Positions 26,522 through 38,195 of a stretch of DNA of 64,000 nucleotides are shown one piece after another (within the stretch, counting starts at the first letter, position 1; every line of letters starts with the position of its first letter). Source of the stretch: Cyanophora paradoxa CCMP329. Taxonomy: Eukaryota; Plantae; Glaucophyta. The stretch is taken from NCBI GenBank assembly GCA_004431415.1, contig QPMI01000197.1:13341-77340 (forward strand), in the 5' to 3' direction. Made by a program: the position numbers and the translations under genes. The notes under the pieces are model-generated. The model did no database searches, was not told the origin of the DNA, and saw only the letters and a program-made list of their open reading frames with translations.

Positions 26522-27089
26522 CTCTCTCTAGTACACGAGTGATCCCCGGGGGCGACGTGACTCTAGCGCGATTTCTTGCTCTTCTGTACACTATGGTTTC
26601 GTCCTTATTCTAGTTAGCGTTGTGTCTTATATATTCCGGCATCCCACTGAGCCTGCCCGGCGGCCAAACGTTAACCCGAGCCCCGATCGCGAGCCCGAGC
26701 TACCCTCGCAGTCGATCTCGCCGAAAAACATCGTACAGACAGACTCATGATCAAAGACAGACTCTTAGGCAGCTAGGACAGAACCGCTAGACAAGAATCA
26801 CAATTTGGAAGGACAAATTACGTCCAGCCGCCTGAACAATTCAACCGAATTCGAAGGGAAATCTAAGACTTTGGCGGATGCGGAGCGCCGGGCCTCGCGG
26901 AGGAGGGCTGAAGCACCCGCGGCCTCCTCGAGGAGGGAGGAAGGGGGGAGGGAAGGGCCGGGGAGGGAGGCGGGCCGGAGCCGGGCCCCGCCCGGCGGCG
27001 AGGGGAAGCGAGCGGGCGAGGGCCTGGGGCCGACGGCTTAAGCTTGGCTCGCGGGGGGCGAAGCGGAGCCGGGCGGCCGGGCGGGGCCC

Positions 27090-28664
27090 TCAGCGGCGGG
27101 CGCCCTCCTCGCAGGCCTCGAGCAGGAGCCGGAGGCTGACCCGCCGGAAGGCCGCCTCCGCGCAGCACGGGATCGCCACGCGGGCAAAGACGAGCCGCAG
27201 GTCGGACGGGATCTCCCCCGCTGAGGGGCGATCGAATTCGGTTGGCTGGCGGGGTGGTTCTGGGGCGGGGGCGCACGGGCGGGGAAGCGGCAGGACTTCT
27301 CGTCGTGGAGGAGGACGATGTTCTTCCCCGCCCGCGCCGCGTGCCGCACCTCGCCCAGCACGTACTGGCTCGCCAGCACGTCTGCGCAGCGCAGGGTCCG
27401 AGAAGATCAGACGCCGCCGGGCACGAGAACAGCCGCGCGGACCCTGAGAGATGATGAGGACGACGCTCGCGGAGGCGTCGATGATGTTCTCGAGCCTGCG
27501 GGGCGGGGGGCCGGCCCGGGTGAGAGCGCGGCGAGCACTCCAACTCGAGAGGCGCGCACTGGTGGAGCTCGAGGCGGGAGTCGTCGACGTCGAGGAAGAC
27601 GCGGAGGCCGGGGCGGGCCTGCTCGAGCTGGAGCTTGAGGGCGAGGGCGAGGTGGCCGGCCGAGGACTGCTTGTGCGAGAGGAAGACGTCGTACTGCGTC
27701 GCTGCGGCGGGGGGTGAGGCTTGGGCGGGGCCGGCTGCTCCGGGGTGGTGCACGGACCGGGGGCCGGGGCGGCGGGGCGCACCGCGGGGGCGGAGGCGGG
27801 GAGGGAGCGGAGGGATCCGAGGCGTTCAGGCGTTCAGAGGGGGTTGCCGCTCACGTCCAGCGTCTGCAGACGGGAGAGGCGGCCGATCTCCGGCGGCAGC
27901 GCCGCCAGCTGATTTTTCTCCACGCTCAGCTTCTGCAGGTTGGAGAGGCGGCAGATCTCCGGCGGCAGCGCCGTCAGCTGGTTGTTGCTCACGTACAGCT
28001 CCTGCAGGTTGGAGAGGCGGCCGATCTCGGGCGGCAGCGCCGTCAGCTGGTTGTTGCTCACGTACAGCTCCTGCAGGATGGAGAGGCAGCCGATCTCCGG
28101 CGGCAGCGCCGTCAGCTTGTTGTCGCTCACGTTCAGCCACCTCAGGTCGGCGAGGCGGCCGATCTCCGGCGGCAGCGCCATGAGCTGGTTGCCGCTCACG
28201 CCCAGCACCTGCAGGGCGGCGAGGCGGCCGATCTCGGGCGGCAGCGCCGTAAGCTGGTTGCCGCTCACGCCCAGCGTCTGCAGGTTGGAGAGGCGGCCGA
28301 TCTCGGGCGGCAGCGCCGTCAGCTGGTTGTCGTTCACGTACAGCGTCTGCAGGGCGGCGAGGCGGCCGATCTCCGACGGAAGCGTCGTCAGCTGGTTGCT
28401 CTGCACGTTCAGCCACCTCAAGGCCGCGAGGCGGCCGATCTCCGGCGGCAGGTCCGTCAGCCGGTTGTTGGTCAACCACAGCCACTCCAGGTTCGTCAGC
28501 TTCGCGAGCTCGGCCCCCGGGATGCGCGTGAGCTTGTTCTCGCCAAGCTCGAGCCAGCGGATATTCTCGGGCCCCGCCGCCGCGATCTCCGCCGCCGGCC
28601 ACTCCTCCCGGTCCTTCCCCCCCAGGTCCAGCTTCCCCTCCGCCGGGATCCACTCCTTGCCCAT
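27090..28664 (-). CDS. LRR-TIR receptor copy B (11 LRRs + TIR type 2) with one in-frame TGA between LRR and TIR
   Basis: ATG at 28664 (MGKEWIPAEG). The LRR ORF stops at 27834-27836 but continues in frame as TPERLGSLRSLPASAPA. The spliced TIR reads QYDVFLSHKQSSAGHLALALKLQLEQARPGLRVFLDVDD...LENIIDASASVVLIISQDVLASQYVLGEVRHAARAGKNIVLLHDE...EEGARR*. Confidence 0.8.
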
Positions 28665-29191
28665 GCCTGCGGGGCGGTCAGCGGCAGAAGCGCGCCGCGG
28701 GGAGCGCGCCCCTGCCCCGCCCGGCGGGTCCCCAGCCTGCGGGGGGCCGCCCGACAGCGCCATAGCACGCTTATAGGCGCCCCGCGCGGCCCAGAGCGAA
28801 GCGATTCGAATTCGTTGGTTCTAGACCGGGATCCCCCCAGCGGCAACTAGCAAGCAATCCAGGCCATGCGCCCGCCCTGAGGAGCGCACCTTCGACGGAT
28901 CGCCTTCCCGCAGAAGAGCCGAGCTTTCGGAACCGACGGAGCCCGCCCGGTCAGAGATTCCTTGCCGGTCGCGCGCTGTCTGCTGGCTGCTCGCCCGCTG
29001 CTCTGTGCAGGGAGCTGTGAGCGAACGAGAGGCGAGCGATGCAAGAAACCCGTCGGCTTCGCACCTGCCGCGATAAACAACGCCTACACCGCCGTAACAC
29101 CGAGGCCCTCTGCGGCGTCGGTACGTACACGCCGTTCTCGGCCGTCCGAGGCCGTCCGAGGCCCGGAGGCCGAAGCGCCGGGGTACGGGGT

Positions 29192-29225
29192 CACTAGTAA
29201 AAGGGGGGTCGCCGGAGCCTGTTTC
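29192..29225. mobile_element. Solo terminus of the mini-CACTA family
   Basis: CACTAGTAAAAGGGGGGTCGCCGGAGCCTGTTTC matches the reverse complement of the right end of the 57998-58079 element at 33/34 positions. No partner end was found. Confidence 0.75.
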
Positions 29226-29989
29226 CATGCATCTTTCAGCGCTGCGCATGCCTTTTCACGGACCTGTCAGCGCTGCGCATGCCTTTTCACTTCAGTACTT
29301 CCCTTCTGTCAGTCCTTCTGTACTCCAGCAGGGAAGTCCTTCTGTACTCCAGCACTACCAGCAGGCTGGCAGCAGCACGCAGCCGAATCAGCAGCGAAGC
29401 TCTGGTCTCCGGCTTCGGCGATCGGGACGCGGGCGAGACTCGGACCCGGCAGCCGCGGCGCTAGCGGGGGCTATGGCGGATCGGACTCCGGCCGCGGGAG
29501 CACAGCGCGCGGCGGATCGGAGCACAGCGCCGGTCCGACCCGCACCTCGCGTCGGCCGTCCTAGTGGCGCTAGCTATTGACCTATTGACGCCGGCTTCAC
29601 GGACGCCATGCCGGAGGAGCGCCGGCCGATTTCCAGCGGTATACGCGTACGTAGCGCTCCGACGGCCTGCAGCTGCAGCTGCGCGGGCTGCCGCAGTGCG
29701 CGCGGCGCGGGACGGCGGGGCGCCTCCGCCGCAGCGCCGATCGCGAGGGCGCCCGGCCGGGGCCCCTAGGGAGAGTGGCGGTCGCTAGGGAAGCGTAGCG
29801 CGCGCGAGGCGGACTCCGGGGCAGGGCGGAGTGGCGGCCATCTAACTTAGGACGCCGAGGCGCGAAGCGCGAGCACCCCGGGCACGCCGCCGGACCCGGC
29901 CCCTCCCCCTCTCCCTCCGAGACTCCGCGCCCGGAGGAGAGAGGGCGCGCGCCCGCCCCGTACCCCTCCCGCCGACCCCTCTTCTTCTC

Positions 29990-30660
29990 GGGACCAGGGC
30001 CCGCCTCGCCGCCCCCCCCCCCCCCCCCCCCGGGCCTCGAGGTGGCCCCCTCCACACCGTACCCCTTCGTCCCCAATCCCCGCTTATCCCCCGCGGCCTC
30101 GCCCCCCCACCCCCCCCACACACACACACACACCCCCACCCCCCACCCCCGCCTCGCCCCCACGCCCTCGCCTCGCAGATCGCAGGCTTGTGGCACCGGC
30201 CCCCGTGCCTCCCGCAGGCCTCGCTGCCCGCTCTCCCCCCGCCGCCCCGGGCCGCCCCGGGCCGCTGTCTCGGGGCCGTCTGAGCCGTCCCGCCCCGGCT
30301 CTCCCCCGGCCGCCCCTCCCTCCCCCCCCTGCCTTTTCCTGTCCCTCGCGCTGGCCCCGCCCCGGCACGCCTCTCGATCTACGCCCATCCTCTCTTCGCT
30401 CCCTTCCGCCCAGCCCTCTTCGCTTTCAGCCCCCCTCGAGGCTCGCCCGTTTAGCTCCCGGCCTCCCCAGCTGCAGTCCCACGCAGCCTTTCGGGCTCTT
30501 CCCCCCGGCGGCCCCCCAAGCTGCCTCGTCTCCGAGTCGGCGCCTCGACTGAATGTAGCGGATCCGGATCCTCCCACGGAACCTCCCGGGCCCTCTAGAT
30601 CTCCCCCCCCCCCCCCCCCCTCCACGCCGCCTCCGGATCCTGCACGGGCCCGGAGCCTCG
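29990..30660. repeat. Diverged dispersed C-rich repeat (second copy ~39050-39690)
   Basis: Both copies share ordered anchors: CCTCGAGGTGG, CGCAGATCGCAGGC.TGTGGC, CGGGGCCGTCTGAGCCGTC, CCTCTAGATCT and CTCCACGCCGCCTCC. Confidence 0.6.
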
Positions 30661-31296
30661 GAGGCGACGCGACTCCCTTGCTCTTTATTCTGTATACCGT
30701 ACGTATACTATGTTCTTGTACATGTCCTTATTCCGAGGTTCTAGTTGTGTTTTAAGCCTATGTATTCTGATCGCGCCTTGTAATTACTCTAGTTGTATTC
30801 TAGATCTGACTCCGGATCCGTGACAGCGCATGCCGCAGTGCAGCCTCGAGATCCGAGAGGTGAACCTGCGAAGCTCTCTGCCGCAGTGCCACAGCTCCAC
30901 TGCGGCACTGCAATTGCTCTGCGCCGGTCCCGGGGACGCTCATGACTCAGCCTGCAGCTGGGGGGTGTGTGATCCGATCCACTGGCCATGGGCCATGATC
31001 ATCGGATGCTCAGCCTGCCAGGCTGGCAGCTGCAGCCTGTCAGCGGTCAGCTGCAGATCACGATCGCTGCCAGGCCGATCATGAGTCATGAACACGATCC
31101 GATGCCATGATGATCAGCTGCAGCTGCAGCTCCGAGGCTCGGGATCCTCAGCGATTATTCTAGATATCGTTGACTGTTTCATGATCATGATCATGATTAG
31201 CTGTATGCCCGGATAGCCCAGGTCGGCCCTTGAGCTTGGAGGCTTCCCTTCCTTCCTTTCCTTCCTTCCAATAACACTTCGCGGACACTGTCCTGC

Positions 31297-32714
31297 CTAC
31301 TTCCGCTTGGCGCCGGCGGGGGGCGTCTTGCGGGCCACCTCCGAGCGGCTCGCCGGCCGCGTGGGGGCCGCCTCCTTCGGCGGCTCGGGCTCCGCTGGCT
31401 TGGCCGCCTCCGCCAGGGGCGCCGGCGGCGGCGGCGTCTCCGCGCCGGCTGCGACCGGACCGGAGGCGCGCGCGGTTAATTTAACATCTCGGTACTTGTA
31501 AATATTCGTGCATGCAAGCGTGCTTCCCCGCCTCCCGTTATCCATGCTAGATCAAAGCGAGTCGTAATGGAGAATGAGATCAACTGCCCAATTGTGTCCC
31601 AACATATACAGCTCTACTCAGCCTCGGCATCGACATTGGCTTCAATTGCGAGCTTCGTCGTGAGCTCGAGCTCCCGCCGCCAGGAGTGCCTTCCGCAGGG
31701 CCTCCAGCCCCCTTTGGCAAAGGTAGCGGCGGTAAAAACCCGCCTGCGCCAGCAGAGCTAGACGCTCGTCGGCACCGACGCCCACCCTTCGCACCTCCAC
31801 GCGTCAGTTTCAGGCCACTCGGAGTTACAATTGCAACCGCAGCGCTCACCAGCCTTCGAAGCAGGCCACATTCGCCGCGTCCTCGTCGTAGTCGGTCAGG
31901 TTGCTGAGCTGAGGTTCGGAAGTCGAAGGCGGCACCGATCGCTCCCAGCATGTTTTCTCCTTGGCGAACACCTCGAGGAGGCCAGCCCAGCTGACGGTCA
32001 ATACAGCATGCGGCCCTGCGCCCTCGAGCTCGGGGGGGGGGGGGGGGGGGGGGGATGGGGGCGCAGGCGTGAGCTAAGCGCGGCGCAGGCGGACCTTGGG
32101 CGGGGCGGGGGCGGCTCGAAGGCGCCGATGTACTCGTCGCCGTTGGCGTACAGCATGCGGCCCTGCGCCTTCGAGCTCAGGCGAGGAAGAGGCGGGGGGA
32201 AGAGGGGGACTGAGTTCCAAGAGGGGGGAGGGGAGGAGGCGGGGGCTGCGAGCCCCCCCCCTTGAAGTACGATTGGTATAGATCTTAGTACGGGCTTAGT
32301 CGTTTTCTTCAATAGTAGATCTTAGCCTGATCTTAGTAGATTCTCTGATTCTTGGGCTTAGGCTTCTTAATAGGCTTGAGCTCAGGCCGCACCCGGCCGC
32401 ACTTGAAGTCGCCGGCCCATTCCCCCTCGTACACGTCCCCGTTCCTGTCCGTCGGGGCGCGTCAGATGAGGCGGAAGCGGGGGGGGGGGGGAGGCGGGGG
32501 GGGGGGGGGTAACGGACATGTAGCGCATGGTGCCGGTGCCGTGCCGCTTGTTGTCGAGCCAGTCCCCTGCGCGGGGATATGGGGGGGGGGGAGAAAGGGG
32601 GGTACGCGGCCCGCCCGCCCGCACCCTCGTAGGTCTCCCAGACGGTCTCCTCCTCTGCCGCCGGTTCGGCTGGGGCGGGCGGGCTGCTGCTGCCCCTCCG
32701 CCCCTCCGCCCCCT

Positions 32715-32748
<34 letters not shown>

Positions 32749-35101
32749 TGCCGCCGGCGCCGCCGGCGCCGGCGCGGCCTCCGAGGGGGCGGTACCCGGC
32801 CGCGAGACGGGCGGGGAGGGCGCCGGCGAGGGCGAGGGGCCGGAAGGGACAAAAGGCTGCCCAGATGAAGCCGCCGGGACCGCCAGGGCCGCTGCTGGGG
32901 CCTGGGCCGGGGGGGCGCGCGGGGGCTTCCTGGGGTACCGCGCCGCGCCGCGGCCGGTGCGGACGCCGGACTTCTTGAAGTCTGAGCGGCGGCCCCCGCG
33001 ATCAGCGTCCACACGAATAATCTCAAGCTATCAAACTAATGGACCCTTAAACCGCCCAGGACTCCAGATTCTTAAGAAGACTAGGACCCTACCCCTCTCC
33101 CCCATAAAGCGATCGGCTCCCCCTGTGGCCAGGCCGCGCCCCGCTTTAAGCTCCAGCTCCGGCCAGGCCGCGCCGCGCCGTGCCGTGCCGCGCCGCGAGC
33201 GCTGCCCCGCTTAAAGCCATTAGACTCTTAAGCCGCCCAGGAATTAAACTATTAGATTCTTAATCTGCCCAATAGTTCCCGGCAATCAGCACGGCGAGCC
33301 ACGAGCGATCCACTCCCGCTCTAAGGGACGCAAGCCCCGCCCCCCGCACGCATACGAGCGATCCGCTCCCGCTGTGGCCAGGCCGCGCCCCGCTTAAAGC
33401 CCCCGTGCGCAATCCGCCCGCCCCCGCTTGAAGGGCCGCAACCCTCCCTCGGCCCCCGCCCGCCGCGCCGCGCACCGCCGTCGTAGAGGATGCCGTTGCG
33501 GTACTCGGCATGGCCCCCCGGGCCCTGCGCCCCGCCCCGCCCCGTGAGGCTCAGGTTGGATTGGATTGGATAAGATCAGATTGGAGTGGATTGGATCAGA
33601 TTGGATCCGGCAGGTTGGCGGGCGGGGCGCACGCTGGATTACATTACATTAGATTAGATTAGAGCGGGTTTCTCGTAGCAATATCTAAACGGCGGGGGCA
33701 GGGCGGGGGGGGGGGGGGGGGGGGGGGGGCGAGGCGCACACCGCGTTCACATTAAATTCGTTTACGCCGCGTTAGAGGCACTATGAAACGTTGGATCTAA
33801 ATCAACAGTCCCGCAGCCCGGCGGGAGGCGGGAATTTTAGAGTGGTCCCGGCGGTAGGCGGGGCTACAGTGGTCAGGGGAGGCGGGAAAGCTCATAGGAC
33901 GAGGCGGGGGCGGGCGGAAATCCGGAGTCCTCGCTAGATTAGATTAGGTTAGATTAAATTAGAGCGGGCGCCTCATAGCGAAGGGCAGCTTAGAAAGGGC
34001 GGGCGGGGCCGGGAATCCGGGGCGGGGCGGGGCGGGGCGCACGTCGCGGTCGCCCATGACGAAGGGGCCGACGTACAGGACCTCCCCGTCCGGGCCCAGA
34101 GCAGGCCCGAACCTGCGCGAGAGTGGAGAGGATCGGATCGTATTGGATGGGATGGGATCGGATCAGCCCTGAGTAGCTAGCTTCGGGCTTCGAGTCTAGT
34201 CGGCTTCGAGTGGGCCGCGAGGCGGCTTGTACTTAGAAGCCCTAAATCCTTCCTTTCATTAGAAGCTCAGAAACCTAAGAAGCTAGGAGGGGAGGCGGCC
34301 AAGCCGGAAGAAAGCAGCGCGGACCGGAGGGTGCCGTGGCCGTGGCGGGCGATCGAGTGGCCGTGGGCGCCCGTGAAGGGCCCCTCGTACACGTCCCCGC
34401 TCGGGTGCTCCTCCACCCCTGCGAACGAAGCTCAGGGGAGGGTGGGGCTAGGGGAGGGGGATGGGGGTAGGGGGGGTACCGAAGGGAAGGCCGTCCTCGA
34501 GCCACTCGCCCGAGAAGCGGCTGCCCGTCTCGGCGACGGTGAGCGCGCCCTGCTCAGATCAGATCAGATCAGATCAGATCAGATCGGATCAGATCAGATC
34601 AAATCAGATCGGATCTGATCTGGTTCTGCTCACCTGACCCTGACGGACGCCCTGGTTCCACTCGCCCTCGTATTTGTCCCCGTTCGTGTACAGCATAACG
34701 CCCCGCCCTGTGCTATTTTCAGAAAGTGGGGGGGGGAAGAGTCGAGGGGTACGGGCTCGCACCGTGCCGCACGTTGCGGCGCCAGTCGCCCGTGTACACA
34801 CGGCCGTCCCAGTACGTCATCGTACCCCCCGCCCCGTCCATCGAGCCCTCCCTCCACGGGCCCTGCACCCCGGGTCGTTTCGGGCGGGGGGGGGGGGGGG
34901 AGAAGAGGACGAAGGGGGGTACGGGAACCTGGTAGACGTCGCCGTTGGAGAACTTCATGAGGCCCGAAGGACCGGTCATCTGACCGTCCACCCACGGCCC
35001 CTCGTACACCTGTACCCCCGGGGAAACAAGTCATAAGCCTCTCAAAGGAGTGGGGGGAAGGAGTTAAGGAGGGGTACGCACGTCTCCGCCCTGGAAGCGG
35101 C
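31297..35101 (-). pseudogene. 5'-truncated duplicate of the MORN-repeat gene
   Basis: Colinear with 42935-45963, sharing YEGPWVDGQMTG, DWLDNKRHGTG and ...TPPAGAKRK*. Homology stops mid-exon at ~35101 beside a C-run, and there is no start exon. Confidence 0.8.
34555..34620. repeat. (GATCA/GATCG)n intronic microsatellite
   Basis: Tandem pentamers, with similar tracts at ~45433-45485, ~46193-46235 and ~49058-49115. An (AGCT)n tract lies at ~21249-21280. Confidence 0.9.
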
Positions 35102-35341
35102 CCCCTCCACACCCCCCCCCCCCCCCCCCCCCCCCCCCGCTCTGTATTGGCTACATTAAGCCGTATTGGCGTATTGTTAATAGCCACGTTAAGCCACACA
35201 CATATAAATATCTGTGGAACCTCAGGGGCCTATCATAACTCGAAGCTGAATTGGAAAGTTACCCCATTGAATCAATATATAAACAGACCAACCAACCAGA
35301 CGCTCCAACTGGCTTCTCTCCAACTTGGCCCGCTAGCGCGG

Positions 35342-36996
35342 CTAGCGCCGCAGAAAGTCGCGCAGGCCGGCGACGAGCTCGCCGGCCGCCGCGTCCGCCG
35401 CCGCCGCCCCCTCCCCGCGCTGCATCGTCCAGTTCACCGACGCCAGCATCATCTGCCGCCGTCCGCGGATCAGGCGAGCGTGGGGCGACCAGGGGGGCGG
35501 GTGGGGGCGAGGGCGCGCTCTGTAGTCCACCGGCAGCTCGACCGTCCTGGGGTCGACGAGCCACACTGCCGCCCGAGGGTGAGGCGGGGCGGGCGCTTGC
35601 AGGGCCCCCAGGGCCCGCGGCACGCACCGGGGAACTTGGGGATGCGCAGCTGGTGGTGGGCGAACTGCATCTGCGGGAGGGTCAGGAACATCGTCGGCCC
35701 GAACGTGAATCGGGGGCCGCGTCGCGCCTCGTCGTCGCAGTTGTGGGAGCGGATGTACCCCGGCGAGAGGAAGCAGACGTACGCCCGGCAACGCTGCATC
35801 GCCTCCTGCGCCCGCCGCGCACCCCGCGCGCTCGGCATGCTGGAAAGCGCGCGGCGGTGGGCGACGCGCACCCCGATCTTGGCCATCCACTTCTGGCCCG
35901 CCTTGAGCTCGCGGTCGACCCTGCGCGAGGCGAGGGCGTCAGCGGTGCGGGGGCGGGGGAGGGGGCCACGGAGAGGGGTGGCAATGGAGGGGGGCGAACC
36001 TTATTTGGAAGCCGGCGGCCTCGAGGGCGTCGCAGTAGCGGAAGACGAGCGCCGCGTCGACGTGCGCGTAGCTGCACGGCGGCGTTAGAGCCGGCGGCGT
36101 GCGGTGGAGGCCGGGCAACGCGCCTGACGAAGCAGTCGCAGGCTTTGCCGTCGGCCGCCGGCTGCAGCGGGGGCGGGTGCTGCGGGACGGCAGCAGGCGC
36201 CTGCTGGGGACGCTGGGCCGCGGGCGGGGAGGGCGCCGCTGCGGGGCGGGCTCGCGTCGGGGGAAGGGAAGCACGGGCGGGGGTACACTGACCGGGGGCC
36301 GGAGGGGCGCGTGCGGCGGGGGCGGCGGGCTGCGGTGGCGGGTGAGTGCGCGGTGGAAGCCGAGGCCGGGGCCGGGGTGAGTGCGCGGTGGCGAGGGGCG
36401 GGGCCGGGTGCCGGGGCGGCGGGGCGCACCGCGGGGGCGGGGGCGGGGAGGGAGCGGAGGTATGCGAGGCGTTCAGCCGTGTTCTTCTTCTTGAGGAGCT
36501 CCGGCATGGCCGTGAGGGGGTTGCCGTCCACGTACAGCACCTTCAGGGCGGCGAGGCGCCCGATCTCCGGCGGCAGCGCCGTCAGCTTGTTGCCGCGCAC
36601 GTCCAGCGCCTGCAGGATGGAGAGGCGGCCGATCTCGGGCGGCAGCGCCGTCAGCTGGTTGTTCTCCACCCAAAGCCCCTGCAGGGCGGCGAGGCGGCCG
36701 ATCTCCGGCGGCAGCGCCGTCAGCTGGTTGCCATCCACGTTCAGCACCTTCAGGGCGGCGAGGCGGTCGATCTCCGGCGGCAGCGCCGTCAGCTGGTTGC
36801 TCTGCAACCACAGCTTCTCCAGGTTCGTCAGCTTCGCGAGCTCGGCCCCCGGGATGCGCGTGAGCTTGTTATAGCCGAGGTCGAGCTCGCGGATGTTCGC
36901 CGGCCCCGCCGCCGCGATCTCCGCCGCCGGCCACTCCGTCCGCCCCTCCTTCTCCAGGTCCAGCTTCCCCTCCGCGGGGATCCACCCCCTGCCCAT
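35342..36996 (-). CDS. LRR-TIR receptor copy C (6 LRRs + TIR type 1), apparently intact
   Basis: ATG at 36996. Linker exons splice in frame. The TIR reads CDCFVSYAHVD...YVCFLSPGYIRSHNCDDEMQFA...MMLASVNW...RDFLRR*. Confidence 0.88.
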
Positions 36997-38195
36997 GCCT
37001 GCGGGGCGGTCAGCCGCAGAAGCGCGCTGCGGGGAGCGCGCCGCTGCCCCGTCCGGCGGGTCCCCAGCCTGCGGGGGGCCGCCCGGCCCGCGCTGAGCCC
37101 CTCCCGCAGGGGGCGGTGCACGCGCGCGCCGGGCTCTGCCTTTACCGGCCGCCCCGCCCCGCCCGAGTCGCGGCTCGGGGGAGCGATCGGCGGCCTATGG
37201 GAGATTGCACCCCCACGCCCGGGCGCGCGCTGGGTCCTCCCCCCCCCCCGTTCGTGGGTTGGCGAACGAGGCAGCAAGCGACGCCGGCGCCGGAGCTCGA
37301 GCGTGGGCCCCGTCGACTCGCCCCGCATCTTAGCCGACGTCCGCGCGCCCGCCGCGTCGCTTGGTGGGATCAGTGCGGCCCCTCGCACGCTGCTAGGCGA
37401 CCCGTGCGGCCCAGAGCGAATTCGAAGCGATTCGTACGCGTAGATTCTAGACCGGCGGGGTCCGCGCAGCGGCAACTAGCGAGCAATCGGGGTTCTGCAC
37501 CCGCCCGGAGGAGCGCACCTTCGACGGATCGCCTTGACGCAGCAGAGCCGAGCTTTCGGAACCGACGGAGCCCGCCCGGTCAGAAATCCTCGCCGGTCGC
37601 GTGCTGCCTGCTGGCTGGCAGTGGCTGCTCGCCCGCTGCTCTGTGCAGGGGCCTGCGCGCCGGTACAAGCAAGCAATGAGCAAACGACAGGAGCGATGCC
37701 AGAAACCCGTCGGCTTCGCGCCTGCCGCGATGAATGCCGATTCACCGAACGCTGGGGTACGGTCACGCCGAAGCGCCGGGGTACGGTCGCGCCGCCTCGG
37801 CTGCTTTCATGGCGGCCGGTGGAGCGGTACGTATACGCTGCCTTTGCTTCTACGGTACGGTCGCGCCGCGGGCCTCTTGCTTTCATGGCGGGCGGGCGGG
37901 TCTGTGAGCTGCATATACCTATAAACGGCGTTCCGGACCGGTGCACTACGTATACTGCCCGTCCACTTCATCGTGCGCCAGCCTTCCAGAGCGATCATGA
38001 TCGGGACACAGGCGCAGCTGCAGCTGCAGCCATCAAGACGCAGCTGCGCAGACGCACCGGCCGCGGCAGCTGCCGCCTGGCAGCCGGGCCCGAGGCCATG
38101 GCGGAGCACAGCGCCGTCCGCGGTGCACGTGGCGGGTCGACCCGGCCCGGCCCGCTCCTCGTTCAGCAGTACTTTCTGTAATCCAGCAGCACTCA
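36997..38195. repeat. Shared upstream block, copy C
   Basis: Near-identical to 13373-14465. Confidence 0.9.

Noticed and set aside
27714-28850. Antisense repetitive ORFs (GEAADLRRQRRQLV; RRPISGGSAVSWL)
   Set aside because: Shadow frames of the GC-rich LRR repeats on the opposite strand.
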